Positions 47,745-59,465 of a DNA stretch of 64,000 nucleotides are shown here, piece after piece. Location of the stretch: the IMG/VR virus record IMGVR_UViG_3300021387_001585, positions 45,176 through 109,175 of that record; one strand, 5' to 3'. The DNA is from a virus (lineage: Duplodnaviria; Caudoviricetes). Position 1 is the first letter of the stretch; the number at the start of each line of letters is the position of its first letter. Position numbers and translations under genes: made by a program. The notes beneath the pieces are model-generated. The model had not been told where the DNA came from, ran no database searches, and saw only the letters and a program-made list of their open reading frames with translations.

Positions 47745-50700
47745 ATGGCAAACAGATACGACATAGTACGCATAGATTTCCAGGCAAGCGCCCGAGGTGC
47801 CAACGCAGCCATTGAGTCACTTCGCCAGGAGGCAGAGAAGAGCAATGCCGAGCTCACCAAGATTCGTGGCAACATTGACAATGCGCTGAAAGCCGGGGCC
47901 CCTGACGAAGTGATTGCAGGCATGAGAGCCGAGGCAAAGGCAGAGGAACGTCGCTACAAACAGTTGACGCAGGCACAGAACGAACTCATCAAGGGTATGC
48001 GCGTGCTCGACCAAGGCGTGAAGATGTTCAACGACGGGTCGCTTTCGCAGATGAACGCAGCCTTCCAGAAGGCCGTTAATAGCGCGGCCAAACTGGCACA
48101 AAGCAAGATGGATGCCGGTACTCAGTCGTGGCGTGAGATGGGTGCCATCATGCAAGAGACGGAGCAGAACTATGCCCGTATGCAGCGCGACACCGAGCAG
48201 CTGATACAGGTCATCCAGAATGGCGGCACCGTATTCCGCTCCACTCTGGAAGCGGAGAAGAAAGGTATTCAGGAACTGATGGGACTTGTACCGTATATGG
48301 GCAGCGAGTATCAGAAGTTGGAAGGGCAGTTGCAAGTCGTAACCACCAAGCTCGACCAGATGGCCACAGCCGAGCGCCAGATGAAGGGTGAGATTGTCAC
48401 CGCCAACGACGCCCGTCGCGTAGCATACCAGTTGACGGAGGAAGGTGCTGCTGCCGCCAAGCGCGAGGCAGAAGCCGCCGAGCAGACCATTGCTGCCAGC
48501 AAGGAACGAATCAGTGTTTTGGAGCAGGAGCGAAAGACTCGCGAAGACGCTGCCCGCGCAACAGCCGAGACCGTTGCCAAGCGCAACGAAGACCTTGCCA
48601 TGCAGCGTGATGTCATTGAAAGTATCGAGAAGGAAATTGGGAAGGAAGACCGCAAGAGCAAGAAGAAGCGCGAGGCCGCAGACGCAGCAAAGGCCACTGC
48701 CGAAGAATCGGTTAAAGCCGTAGAGACGGAGAAGGCTGCACTTGAAGGTTTGCAGACTACCACGAAGGCTGCCGAGGATGAGGTGAAGCGACTGGAGGGG
48801 GAACTGAGCAAGTTGGGCACACAGAAAGTTCAGCCAAAGGTGGAAGCGGACACCAGCGAAGCCAAGAAAGAATTATCAAAGTTACAACAACAACTTCAGC
48901 GTATTCAGGGGTTAAAGGCGGAAGCACAGTCTAAACTTGACACCATCAAGACTTCTGTCGGTGAGTTAAAAAATCCAGTCAACCACGACGATGTCAAAAA
49001 AGCGCTTGAAGAAGACCGAGCGGCCCAACAAGAGACGATTGCGAAACTTGATGCCAAGTGGGATGAATACTGGAAGAAGCAAGAGGCTAATGCCAAGAAG
49101 TTCGCAGAGGTTTTGAAGAAGTCGGTTGACGATATAGACTACAAGGATTTCTACGAACATGTGTCAGGACCTAATTCGGAGCTTGCTAAATCGTGGTACA
49201 GAACACAACGCCGCGAATCATACGGAATAGACTATTGGGGTAACGATTCCGAAAACTATAGAGAACTTACCCTTTTGCGTGCAGGGAAGCGTGTTGGTAA
49301 TTTAACTGCCGAAACACAGGAAGAATTGAAAGTCCTCGAAGGGTTGAAACGTAAATACGAGGAATACGAAAAAGCGAAGAATAAAGCTCGTGAAGCCACG
49401 CCCAAATACGATTCAGCTTACGAAAAAATCGACAAGGCTCTCAACGAGCGTCTTCAGGAAGAAGCGAAATTAGAAGTATATTACGAGGAGGAAATCAAAC
49501 TAAAAGAACAGATAGCCGCAAAGGAGAAAGAAATCACCGAGGCAAGGAAACAGTCAACCCAACCTATCCAACAGCAGGATGCAGAAATCAAGAATCTTAC
49601 CAACGACATCAAGAATCTCGACGGTATGATTAGCGAGCTGAAGAAACAGCGCGATGCCCTGAATACCTCGCAGCAGAAAAGTACTGCCGGCATGGAGGGC
49701 GAAGCAAAGTCTGCACAGGATCTTGTCAAGGAGATGAAGCGGCTGAATGACGAGATAGATAAGCAGAAAGGGAAACTGCTGAAACCGGAAAAGGAATACC
49801 AGAAATCCCTTCAGTTGGCCACTGCCGCCAAGAAACCAGAAGACCGTGACCGCCTGATAGCCGAAGCCGAGCAGAAGTTGAACGAGAAGACCGCAACGAC
49901 GAAGGCGAAGATTCAAGAACTTGAAAGACAACTCGACAAGGCGAGGGAAGCCTACAAGGCCCTCACCAAGGAAGAAGGCGCTGCTACCGATGCCGCCGAT
50001 GACGAGACGGCTGCCGTGCAGAAGCTCATCCAAGCCCGCGACAAGCTGGTGGCATTGAATGAGAAATCGACATTCCACGAGAGTGTCAGCGGCGAGCGCA
50101 CCATTACTAACCCGCGCGAGGCAGAAAACTTCCTGTTGCAGCAAATGGCCAAGTTTGATAGTGGTCGTGTGGGTAAAACGCAGGCCTCAGTTTCAAAAAC
50201 AAATTTTGAAGCCTTGCGCAAAGCCTTCGGTGAGCGCTATGGCATGGAGAAGGCGGAAGCTGAGAAGTGGTTAAAAGAGTTAGCAAAGCCTCACGGCGGT
50301 ATTTTTACTAAGGGAGGGCAGGCTGGAGACGGCTCATATTTTTTCAATATCGACCCTGCGCAGCGTGTCACTTACAACAAGGAAAAATTACAGGCTTCAA
50401 AAGAACTTGGCAGAACCTCTATCATCACCGACCCCACCGAAGCGGAGAAAGCCTATCAAGCCGCGTTGAAGCAAGTCGGTGCTACTGAGCAGCAGGCAGC
50501 GGCCATGGGCAAGCTGTCTGGAGAAACCCAGAAGCAGGCACAAGCCACCAAGGAACAGACACAGGCTACACAGAAGCAGAACGAGGCAGATAAGGACAAG
50601 GCCGCTTTGGATGCAACGATTGCCGACTTGGAATCGCGGAAGCAGCAGGCACAGGAGAAACTTACACAGTTGCAGCAGCAAAGTGCCAAAGCCGCAGCCG

Positions 50701-53700
50701 AACAAGCCGAGGCCGACAAGAAGGAAACGGAGTTGAAGCAGCAGCTTGCCGGAGCGCAGCAGAAATTAACCGAGGCACAGAAGGCCGAAGAGGAGCAGCA
50801 GAAGAAAATAGCTGATGTCACCGACAAGGCCAATTCCTACAAGGAGAAATCCGCTCGCTTGGAATCAGAACTGGCCAACGCCTCTGCCGAGAAGACAGCC
50901 AAACTGGAGGAAGAGAAAAAGAAACTCGGCGAGTTGGAAGCCGCCACGGAAAAAGACATTGAGCTGAATAACAAGCGTCAGCAGGAACTGCAAGAAACGA
51001 ATGACAAGATTGCCGAGGAAGGCAATATCATACGTGAAGCCCAGACCAAGCGGGCACAAGCTCAGACCAACAACATCAAGGCCACCGAAGATGCTATTCG
51101 CAAACTACGTGAGGAAAATGCGGCCATAGATGTGAATAGCAAGGAATGGAGCGACAATGCCCGCGAGATACAGCATCTGGAGGAAGCTCTCGGTAAGATG
51201 AAGAACCAAGCAGCTCTTCAGATGATGACCGAGCGTATGGAGCGCGTACCACAACTCTCCACCGCCGCCCTTACGGAAACGAAGCGTTTCTGGGAAGGAA
51301 TGGTGGCTGGTGCAGAACGTGGCAGCAAGGAACTCGCAGAATATGAAGCCAACCTAAAAACGATTACCGAGGAAGAGGCACGCCGCAACAAACAGTCGTT
51401 GAAGGATACCTCTCGCAAACTCCTTGGCAACCTCGGAGGTTATAGCGTCGAAGAAATCCGCGAGGCCATCGACGCCGCGACAAAGTTACAGAGAAGCTAC
51501 GACTCCACCAGTCCGGCAGCACAACGTCTGTCGAAAGCCATCGTCGATGCCGAGGAACATTTGAAGAAGTATGGTGTGGAAGCAGAGCGTGCTGCCCGCC
51601 GTGAGGCACAGGCCGTTGCCGATGCAGCTGCCCGCCGCCGTGAGCAGGATGCTTTGATGCGCCAGCAGCTGCAGCAGGGCACCGGCCTTTCCGAGTCAGC
51701 CCTGAAGGCACAAGAGCAATATTGGCGTCGCCTGATTGACGATCCGAAGACTGCTGCTGAGAGCATTAAGGGTTATCAGCATGAGCTGCAGCGCACCATT
51801 GAACTGCAGCGTCAGCAAGCAGAAGCCACCCGCAACGAGCGTGCTGCACGACTGAACGGTGACTTGGGCAACCTGAGCGAGGCAGAAATCCGCGAAGCCA
51901 TTGAAGCAGGCAAACAACTCGCACAGAGTTACAAATCCACCAGTACTGAGGCGCAGGAGATGGCTCAGAAGATTGTGGCTGCCGAGGAACATATTAAGCA
52001 ATACGGTCTGGAAGCACAGCGAGCCGCACAGAAGCAGGCTGCCATCGACACGCAGATGCGTGAGCGTATGAACAATCTCACGACACTTTCCTCGTCGGCT
52101 CTTACCGAAACCAAGAAATACTGGGAGGACATGATGCGCACGCAGGGCCTGGCAGAGCAAAAATTATCCTCCTATCGCATACAACTGGAGAAACTGATTG
52201 CCGAGGAGAACCGCCGCAAGGAGGTGCAGGCAGAGCGTGTCATTGGTGACATGGGTAACTTCAGCGACAATGAGATTAAGCAGGCCGTGCAGGCATTCGA
52301 GCAGTTGCGCGACGTGCAGAAGCATGGTTCTGACGAGTGGAACTACTACAACCAGCGCGTTCAGGAGGGAAAGAAATACCTTGATGAATGGGCGAAGGTA
52401 GACAGTGTCATCAAGTTTGAAGAGCAGATGTCCAAGTTGCCACAGCTCTCCGATAGTGCCCTGCAAGAGACCAAGAAGTTCTGGGAGACGATGGTGGCCG
52501 GAGCCGATAAGGGAAGCTCGGAGTTGAGAGAATATGAAGCGCATCTGGAAAAGGTGAAGCAAGAAGAAAGCGAGCGCAGACAGCTCACCTTAGAACAGCA
52601 GGCTCAGCGCATCACAAACCGTCCGATGTTCTTCTCAATGTCGGAGAAAGAAATCCGTCAGGCAATCGAAGCGACAAAGGAGTTGCAGCAGACGGTTAAG
52701 ATGGGCGACGATGAGTACGACCAGTACACACAGGCCATTGTCCGTGCCGAAGAACACCTAAAGAAATATGGCCTGGAGGCAGAGCGCACCGCAGCAAAGC
52801 TGAAGGAAACCAACGCCTATTACGAAAGTCAGCTCAATTCCGGACAAATTTCCGAGTCGGCCTTGAAAGCTCAGGAGTCATACTGGAAGAGACTCATTGA
52901 TGACCCTAAGACGGCATCGGAGAGCCTGGCCCATTACCAGCGTAACCTTGACGAGGTACACAGGTTGCAGCAGAAGATGGCAGATGAGACTGGTCAGGAC
53001 GCCTTAGCTTTCTTTGAGAAGGGGAGAGATAAGAATGCCAGCAAAAATGAGGTGGAAGAGCAACTAAAGAATCTAAAAGCCTTCCGTGACTCGCTGCCTC
53101 GTGGCCAATATCAAGATACGATAGCCAAGATAGACGAATATATTCATAGGGCTGGCGACTCAGCAAAAGCTGCTTCGGTTCAGATGATGTCGCTGAAGGA
53201 TGCCTTGCGAATTGGCTCGGCTGCTGGCGGAGCTAATTTCAAGGGGACAGTGGAGCAGTTGACGCAGGCCAAGAAGACGCTGGAGGAACTGCAGCAGAAA
53301 GCCGTCAAAGGAGGTTATGCCTGGCGCCGCATGCAGGAGGGTATCGACAATATCAATCTGGAGTTGCGTCGCACCAGCTTTATCTCCAAGGAAGTACAGG
53401 CCATCCTTGATGCTCCGAAGGGCAAGTCGTTCAACGAACTGAAGCAGGCTATCGAGCAGGGCAGGGCAGCCTTGCAGAACATGCGCCGCACCACCGAGGA
53501 AGAGCGCAAGGCGTTTGACGAACTGGCCAAAAAGGTAAAGGAGGCCGATGTGCAGATGAAAGCCCTCGGCAGCAGCAGCAAGGCTACGGCCAGTTCTTTC
53601 GACAAGGCATGGAGCCGACTGAAGACATACATCGGCCTGTACGTCAGTGCTGCTGTGGCGATGCAGAAACTCACGGGTACGATGGGAGACCTGATGGAGC

Positions 53701-56700
53701 TGTCGGACAAGATGGGTGAGGTACGCAAGACCACCAACTTCTCAGCAGACGCAGTGGGACATCTGACCGGAGAGTTGAAAAAGCTCGACACCCGTACCTC
53801 GATTACAGGTTTGCTCGATTTGTCGGTGGCTGCCGGTCAGCTGGGTTTGAAGACACAGGAAGACGTGCAGGGCTTCACCGAGGCTGCAAACAAGCTGATG
53901 GTAGCCCTGCCCGAAATGGGACGCGAGGGTGCCACGGAGATGCTGAAGGTGGCATTGGCTACTGGTGAGATTGATAAGATTCGCAAGCAGATGGAGGAGG
54001 GTATTATTGACGGTTCCTCTGCTACTGCTGTCGCCATGGAGAAGGTCGGTTCGACAATCGACCGTCTGCGTGCCACGAGTGCGTCGACCGCTCCTGCCAT
54101 TACAGACTTTGTGAAGCGCGTCGGTGCCGTGGGTGCGCAGAGTGGTATTACCATCGATCAGGTGGCCGCCCTCGGTTCCACCGTTGATGCCTTGGGTATG
54201 AGAGTCGAGATGTCGGCTACGGCATTGTCGCGAATGATTCCTGCCATTAGGAATAATGCGTTTAACATTGCGCAGGTTATCGGCGTTACCCCTGACACCA
54301 TCCGCAACCTTTTCGATACAGGCCGTGGCATGGAAGTTATCTTGATGATACTTCAGCACATTAAAGATGCTGGCATGGATGCCGACAGCATTGAAGGCAT
54401 GCTGGGCATGGGCAATATGAAGGAAATCATGAAGGAACTCAACCAGCAAGGTGCTCGCGCTGGCATTGTGTTCGGCGGTTTGTCGCAGAACGTGGATGAG
54501 TTGCGCCGGCAACTCGGTGTTGCAGCAACAGCCTATGAGGAGAATATTGCCATTCAACAGGAGTACGACAAGATGAACGAGACGACGGCTGCCAAGTGGG
54601 CGCGTCTGAAGAACCAGGTGGAGGAGATGTTTGTCGGCGATACCGCGCAGCGATTCCTTGGAAGTATCATCGATGGACTTCGCCACATTGTTGATTTTAT
54701 CAGCGGCAATGTCAATCCCGTGCTGAGAACTATATCGGAAACCCTCAAAGTCATTGCCGTTTACTGGGCCGCTTTCAGACTGGGCCTCGGTGAAGGTCTG
54801 ATGAAACTTTTCAGCGGATTTAAGACAATGGGTGGCGGATTGAAAGCCCTCATAACAAACACAAAAGAATACATCGTTCTTAGCAAAGCTCTCCGCAACG
54901 CCAAGTTGGCAGAGGCAGCCGCTACGACGGCAGCAGAGAAAGCGACAGCAGCGCAATCGGTTACAACGATAAGGGCAAAGATGGCGACGCTCGGCCTTAA
55001 CAAGGCCATGAAGGCGAATGTCTTTATGGCTGTTGCGGCAGCTGTCCTTTACCTTACGGTTAAAGTATATGACTTCATCAAGAGTTGCAGCGTAGCTGGA
55101 AAGGCCGTTGCGGACATGGAGATGGAAATTCGCAAACAGCAAAAAGCCGTCAACGATCTTTTCTATACAACCCAAAAGACCAACTCTGCGCTTTCTGAAT
55201 CAAAGACGCGATATGAGGAATTAAAGAAGGCTGGCAAAGACACAACGGAGGCTGAGAATCAACTAAAGAAGGCCAACGCAGACCACGCTTCCAGCATTCG
55301 TGAAATCAACTCAAAGTACGGAGAGTATCTTGGCTACATGCTGAGCGAGACGGCCAGTGCCGAGCAGTTGGCCAGAGCACGTGAACTCATCAATGCCAAG
55401 TTGCGTGAGACAATCACCCTGAAACAGCGCGAGGCAGCTTTGGGAAATGTCGAGCAGGAGTATGGCGGAGAAGCAAACAAACGAATTGCAAAGTTGGATG
55501 ATACCGTCCGTGCTTGGTTTAAGGATGAGCAACAAGCAGCTAAAATTTACACACAGATTGTTTCTGCCGTTCAGAGATTCAGTAAAGATGCCCAAGGGTT
55601 GCGCACATACATTGACACTAAGATTCTGCCGAAGGGTGGTCTTGGCCGTCGTCGCAGCGGAACCACATTAAGCATTCTTGACGTAGCCGAAGACTACAGA
55701 CAACAAATCGAGCAAATGCAAAAAAGAGAAGAAGCAGTTAATAAACGCTTCGACGCGCAAGATACAGAGAACAGGAAAAGCACCCGCGAGGCTACTGTCC
55801 GCACATTAAACCAGACGCTTGCCGACTGGAGAAAACTACTCGGTGAGTACCAGAAGGCAGAGGGCGAAGAAAAGGAAAAACTTGCCGCAGAAGTCTACAA
55901 GCAACAACGAGCATACGCCAATCTGCTTGCCACCAATGCAGACTATCTCGAAAACGACAACCGTAAAGCCATTTTTGAGAAGAATGTCAAGAACATGGCA
56001 ACCTACGAAAAGGGTTTACGAAAGGTTGCAGGCGAAGCCATCCGTACCATTGATGCCATGGAACGTGCCGAATCGAAGATTACCGGTACGGACTACACAA
56101 AGGATGGAGAGAGTGCCAACAATCCTTTTGGTTCTCCCCAGGGCGCCGACTCGCTGAACTATGCCGACATGAACCCGAAGCAACTGGTGGCACGCCGTCA
56201 CCAGATGGAGCAGTTCGTGAATGCCATCCAGACCGACACCGACATACAGAGCGTACTCTCGGAGGACAAGGCATTGAAGGCAGCCATCGAGAAGGGCATG
56301 TCGAGCGACATGCGCACCGTCATCGAGTGGTACAACGCCGAGCGATTGAAGATACAGGAAGAACTCAGGTCGCGTCACCTGACCAACGAAGGCCATTGGC
56401 TCGACCCGAAGAAAGACCGCAGCGGCAAGTCGCGCACCCCGGTTTCCGATGGAGCACTGGCTGAACTGGAGCGTTACTACGCCTGGCGCAAGGAAATGAT
56501 TGAGCAGGCCCGCATTGAGGAAGGCTTGACGGAAGAGGAGTTCAACCGTCGCATTGACGTGATGGAGCAGGAGCACATGAAGAAGCGCTCCGACCTGCGC
56601 GTGTCGTTCACCACCCGCGACAAGAAGTTCATTGAGGACTTCCATAAGTGGTGGGCCAGCGTGGAGGAGCTGGAGGAAGTAGACTGGAAGCTCATCAGCG

Positions 56701-59465
56701 ACGAGTGGCGTGCCATCCTGCTCGATGCCAAGAACGGCGACAAGCAGGTGAAGATGAACAACATGAAGGCGCAGAAAGACCTCGCCGCCATGGAGCGCAT
56801 CGTCGTGAAGCACCTGAATGCCATCGACGACATCCTTAGCAAGGAGCGTCCTTACGACGGCATCACCCGCAACCTGCAAGACAACCTGACGAAGATGGGT
56901 ATTCTCTTTGCCGACTTCGATGCAGAGATACGCGAGCGCATTGCCAAGGGCGAGACCGACGTGTCGATAGATGCCGCCGACGAGGTGCTGAACCGCACGA
57001 AGCGACTCGCTTTCCTTTTGAAGGAAGCCGAGCATGCCTATAACATCACCATCACCGACCTGCTCAACACCATGCGTCAGGAAGGCTTCGACGCCTGGGC
57101 AGATGAGATTCAGAAAGACGACAAGCTGCAGCAGGCCCTGATGGCACAGTTGCGCACCGCCTATGATGCCGTGCAGGATGCCATCAAGAAGGAGGCCACT
57201 CAGATCAAGAAGCAAGCCGAGATACAATGGAACGACACCACTATCGGCAAGAACGGTCAGCAGAGTCAGAAGCAGTATTTTGAAAGCATGCTTGCGCAGT
57301 TAGGGTTGCAGGAAGATGCCATCAAGCGTGCCAACAGCCTGATTGGTGCTGGCAATGCGAGCGAGAACGTGGCCCTCCGTCTGGCTGTGAAGCAGATGGA
57401 AATCCGTCTGAACATGCAGGCTCAATACTACGCCCTGATGCGAAAGATTGGTCAGGAGCGTGCCAACCAGTTGCTGCTGACGGCCCAAGAGGCAAGAATA
57501 GAGAGTGAGCGTCTGAAGACCGAGGCTGCGCGTCTGCGTGCCGAAGGAAAGACCGATGCTGCCGAGCAGAAGGAGCGCGATGCCGCAAAAAAAGACGCTG
57601 AAGCCATCCAGGCCACCGCCGACCGCACCCATGTGCTGCGTTCCCTCGACCTTGCCACCACCGAGGAACAGAAGAAGCTCGACGAGCAGCGCGTGGCCAT
57701 TGCCAATCAGCTGGAGGAGATTCAGAACAACACCTACAAGAGTCTGAAAGAATGGGGCGACCTGCTGGCCAGCAGTCTGCAAAGTCTGTTTGAGGCAAGT
57801 CATGCCGGCGACAAGGAGTATTACAACGAGCTGGCGAAGCTGGAACTGACGGGCAAGGGTGGTCCCGGTGCAGGCACTTATATCGTGATTGAGAACGAGG
57901 GCACCAGCGATGCAGAGGCACACTATGAATACCTGGACGAGCGCGAGGCTTTGGACCGTCAGCGCGAGATAGAGCGCCAGAATGCACAGGCCGAGGCATG
58001 GCGCAAAGTGATGGACGACATCAACATGAAGATGAGCGAGACCATCACCGACCAGATGAATGCCATGTTGCAGAATGCCAGCGTGGATGCCAATACCGAT
58101 GCCGTGGGAGCAAACACCGAAGCCATCATCAGAGCGACGGAGGCTCTGAACAGTCAGGGGGTAGGCAGCGGTGTGAAGTTGGATGCCTCCATGACCGGCA
58201 TCGAGCCAAGTTCTACTCCTGAGTTTGACGAGACCAACCCTGACACTTGGCCACGTGCCATGCGAAAGCGTGCCGGGCTGCAGGTTGATAGCGACCCCTA
58301 CAACAACACAGGCGGTGAAGCGGAGAATACATCAGTATTCCTCAACCCCGCAGGAGCCGGCAACTTCGACTCATGGTATGAGCAGGCTGCCGGTGCCGCT
58401 GAACTGTCTGCACAGCGGCAGATAGATGCCTCTAACAATGTCGCCTATGCCATGGAGCAGAACTTCCACAAGCAGGTGGATGCCGCCACTGATGCCAACA
58501 GGAAGACCCAGACCAGCACGCAAAGCATGTTCGCCAAGATGACGCAGGCATTGAACCTGTACGGCGTTGCCTATCAGGCTATGAGCAATGACAATCTAAG
58601 TACGGAGCAAAAGTTTCAGATGATTGCCTTGCAGGCTGCTGGTAGTGCGGCTATGGCTGCCCTGACCACCAACCTCTCGGAGTCGCAGGGCAGCGCCTTG
58701 GCATCAATGCCCGGTGTGCTCGGCAAGATCATGGAAGAGCTCGGCCCGATAGCCGGACCTATCGCCTACGCCGCCTTCACCGCCCTTATCGGCGGTCTAA
58801 TGGGCATGGCCGTGAGCAAGGTCACGAAGGCCAAGAGTCAGATTGCCAGTGTGACGGGTGCCAGCAGCGTCGGTGCCGGGCGGTTGTCGACGGGAATGCT
58901 GACGTATGCGGAGGGTAACGTGAATGAGTTTACCGACCCCTCGACGCTGACACCCGGCAGGCAATACAATGTGGATGCCGCCGACGGCAAGACGTATCGG
59001 GCACGCTATATGGGCCGGAGAGCCAGGACGCACATCACCAACGGTCCTGAGTTCCACCTGAGCGGCGAGAAGGGTAGGGAGATGATTATCGACGCTGACA
59101 CGACGCGACAGATCACGCTGAACGAACGTGACATCTGGCACACCATCCAGACCCTGTCGGCCGGTCGACGCATGCCGAGAAGGAGGTTGACAGGGCGCGG
59201 CATGCCAGCGTTTGCCGACGGCAACGTGGAGGACTTCGAGGAGATGATGAGTGGCTATGACGTGGCCGCGAACGGTACGGGCGGCATGAGTGCCGAGCAG
59301 TCGGCAACCTTGCAAGCCAGCATCGACCGCCAGAGTGATCTCTTGGAGCGTGCCCTGACAGAGGGCATCAGAGGCGTATTTGCCGTGAACGGCCCCGACG
59401 GACTTGTGAACACCTACGACAAGGGGAAGCGTCAGGCACTTCGCCACGGGCAGCAGTACCCGTGA
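47745..59465 (+). CDS. phage tail tape measure protein (3906 aa)
   Basis: Very long A/E/K/Q-rich coiled coil; TP901-like core (VRKTTNFS...LKKLDTRTS...AGQLG); hydrophobic segments. Confidence 0.88.
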   Translation: MANRYDIVRIDFQASARGANAAIESLRQEAEKSNAELTKIRGNIDNALKAGAPDEVIAGMRAEAKAEERRYKQLTQAQNELIKGMRVLDQGVKMFNDGSLSQMNAAFQKAVNSAAKLAQSKMDAGTQSWREMGAIMQETEQNYARMQRDTEQLIQVIQNGGTVFRSTLEAEKKGIQELMGLVPYMGSEYQKLEGQLQVVTTKLDQMATAERQMKGEIVTANDARRVAYQLTEEGAAAAKREAEAAEQTIAASKERISVLEQERKTREDAARATAETVAKRNEDLAMQRDVIESIEKEIGKEDRKSKKKREAADAAKATAEESVKAVETEKAALEGLQTTTKAAEDEVKRLEGELSKLGTQKVQPKVEADTSEAKKELSKLQQQLQRIQGLKAEAQSKLDTIKTSVGELKNPVNHDDVKKALEEDRAAQQETIAKLDAKWDEYWKKQEANAKKFAEVLKKSVDDIDYKDFYEHVSGPNSELAKSWYRTQRRESYGIDYWGNDSENYRELTLLRAGKRVGNLTAETQEELKVLEGLKRKYEEYEKAKNKAREATPKYDSAYEKIDKALNERLQEEAKLEVYYEEEIKLKEQIAAKEKEITEARKQSTQPIQQQDAEIKNLTNDIKNLDGMISELKKQRDALNTSQQKSTAGMEGEAKSAQDLVKEMKRLNDEIDKQKGKLLKPEKEYQKSLQLATAAKKPEDRDRLIAEAEQKLNEKTATTKAKIQELERQLDKAREAYKALTKEEGAATDAADDETAAVQKLIQARDKLVALNEKSTFHESVSGERTITNPREAENFLLQQMAKFDSGRVGKTQASVSKTNFEALRKAFGERYGMEKAEAEKWLKELAKPHGGIFTKGGQAGDGSYFFNIDPAQRVTYNKEKLQASKELGRTSIITDPTEAEKAYQAALKQVGATEQQAAAMGKLSGETQKQAQATKEQTQATQKQNEADKDKAALDATIADLESRKQQAQEKLTQLQQQSAKAAAEQAEADKKETELKQQLAGAQQKLTEAQKAEEEQQKKIADVTDKANSYKEKSARLESELANASAEKTAKLEEEKKKLGELEAATEKDIELNNKRQQELQETNDKIAEEGNIIREAQTKRAQAQTNNIKATEDAIRKLREENAAIDVNSKEWSDNAREIQHLEEALGKMKNQAALQMMTERMERVPQLSTAALTETKRFWEGMVAGAERGSKELAEYEANLKTITEEEARRNKQSLKDTSRKLLGNLGGYSVEEIREAIDAATKLQRSYDSTSPAAQRLSKAIVDAEEHLKKYGVEAERAARREAQAVADAAARRREQDALMRQQLQQGTGLSESALKAQEQYWRRLIDDPKTAAESIKGYQHELQRTIELQRQQAEATRNERAARLNGDLGNLSEAEIREAIEAGKQLAQSYKSTSTEAQEMAQKIVAAEEHIKQYGLEAQRAAQKQAAIDTQMRERMNNLTTLSSSALTETKKYWEDMMRTQGLAEQKLSSYRIQLEKLIAEENRRKEVQAERVIGDMGNFSDNEIKQAVQAFEQLRDVQKHGSDEWNYYNQRVQEGKKYLDEWAKVDSVIKFEEQMSKLPQLSDSALQETKKFWETMVAGADKGSSELREYEAHLEKVKQEESERRQLTLEQQAQRITNRPMFFSMSEKEIRQAIEATKELQQTVKMGDDEYDQYTQAIVRAEEHLKKYGLEAERTAAKLKETNAYYESQLNSGQISESALKAQESYWKRLIDDPKTASESLAHYQRNLDEVHRLQQKMADETGQDALAFFEKGRDKNASKNEVEEQLKNLKAFRDSLPRGQYQDTIAKIDEYIHRAGDSAKAASVQMMSLKDALRIGSAAGGANFKGTVEQLTQAKKTLEELQQKAVKGGYAWRRMQEGIDNINLELRRTSFISKEVQAILDAPKGKSFNELKQAIEQGRAALQNMRRTTEEERKAFDELAKKVKEADVQMKALGSSSKATASSFDKAWSRLKTYIGLYVSAAVAMQKLTGTMGDLMELSDKMGEVRKTTNFSADAVGHLTGELKKLDTRTSITGLLDLSVAAGQLGLKTQEDVQGFTEAANKLMVALPEMGREGATEMLKVALATGEIDKIRKQMEEGIIDGSSATAVAMEKVGSTIDRLRATSASTAPAITDFVKRVGAVGAQSGITIDQVAALGSTVDALGMRVEMSATALSRMIPAIRNNAFNIAQVIGVTPDTIRNLFDTGRGMEVILMILQHIKDAGMDADSIEGMLGMGNMKEIMKELNQQGARAGIVFGGLSQNVDELRRQLGVAATAYEENIAIQQEYDKMNETTAAKWARLKNQVEEMFVGDTAQRFLGSIIDGLRHIVDFISGNVNPVLRTISETLKVIAVYWAAFRLGLGEGLMKLFSGFKTMGGGLKALITNTKEYIVLSKALRNAKLAEAAATTAAEKATAAQSVTTIRAKMATLGLNKAMKANVFMAVAAAVLYLTVKVYDFIKSCSVAGKAVADMEMEIRKQQKAVNDLFYTTQKTNSALSESKTRYEELKKAGKDTTEAENQLKKANADHASSIREINSKYGEYLGYMLSETASAEQLARARELINAKLRETITLKQREAALGNVEQEYGGEANKRIAKLDDTVRAWFKDEQQAAKIYTQIVSAVQRFSKDAQGLRTYIDTKILPKGGLGRRRSGTTLSILDVAEDYRQQIEQMQKREEAVNKRFDAQDTENRKSTREATVRTLNQTLADWRKLLGEYQKAEGEEKEKLAAEVYKQQRAYANLLATNADYLENDNRKAIFEKNVKNMATYEKGLRKVAGEAIRTIDAMERAESKITGTDYTKDGESANNPFGSPQGADSLNYADMNPKQLVARRHQMEQFVNAIQTDTDIQSVLSEDKALKAAIEKGMSSDMRTVIEWYNAERLKIQEELRSRHLTNEGHWLDPKKDRSGKSRTPVSDGALAELERYYAWRKEMIEQARIEEGLTEEEFNRRIDVMEQEHMKKRSDLRVSFTTRDKKFIEDFHKWWASVEELEEVDWKLISDEWRAILLDAKNGDKQVKMNNMKAQKDLAAMERIVVKHLNAIDDILSKERPYDGITRNLQDNLTKMGILFADFDAEIRERIAKGETDVSIDAADEVLNRTKRLAFLLKEAEHAYNITITDLLNTMRQEGFDAWADEIQKDDKLQQALMAQLRTAYDAVQDAIKKEATQIKKQAEIQWNDTTIGKNGQQSQKQYFESMLAQLGLQEDAIKRANSLIGAGNASENVALRLAVKQMEIRLNMQAQYYALMRKIGQERANQLLLTAQEARIESERLKTEAARLRAEGKTDAAEQKERDAAKKDAEAIQATADRTHVLRSLDLATTEEQKKLDEQRVAIANQLEEIQNNTYKSLKEWGDLLASSLQSLFEASHAGDKEYYNELAKLELTGKGGPGAGTYIVIENEGTSDAEAHYEYLDEREALDRQREIERQNAQAEAWRKVMDDINMKMSETITDQMNAMLQNASVDANTDAVGANTEAIIRATEALNSQGVGSGVKLDASMTGIEPSSTPEFDETNPDTWPRAMRKRAGLQVDSDPYNNTGGEAENTSVFLNPAGAGNFDSWYEQAAGAAELSAQRQIDASNNVAYAMEQNFHKQVDAATDANRKTQTSTQSMFAKMTQALNLYGVAYQAMSNDNLSTEQKFQMIALQAAGSAAMAALTTNLSESQGSALASMPGVLGKIMEELGPIAGPIAYAAFTALIGGLMGMAVSKVTKAKSQIASVTGASSVGAGRLSTGMLTYAEGNVNEFTDPSTLTPGRQYNVDAADGKTYRARYMGRRARTHITNGPEFHLSGEKGREMIIDADTTRQITLNERDIWHTIQTLSAGRRMPRRRLTGRGMPAFADGNVEDFEEMMSGYDVAANGTGGMSAEQSATLQASIDRQSDLLERALTEGIRGVFAVNGPDGLVNTYDKGKRQALRHGQQYP

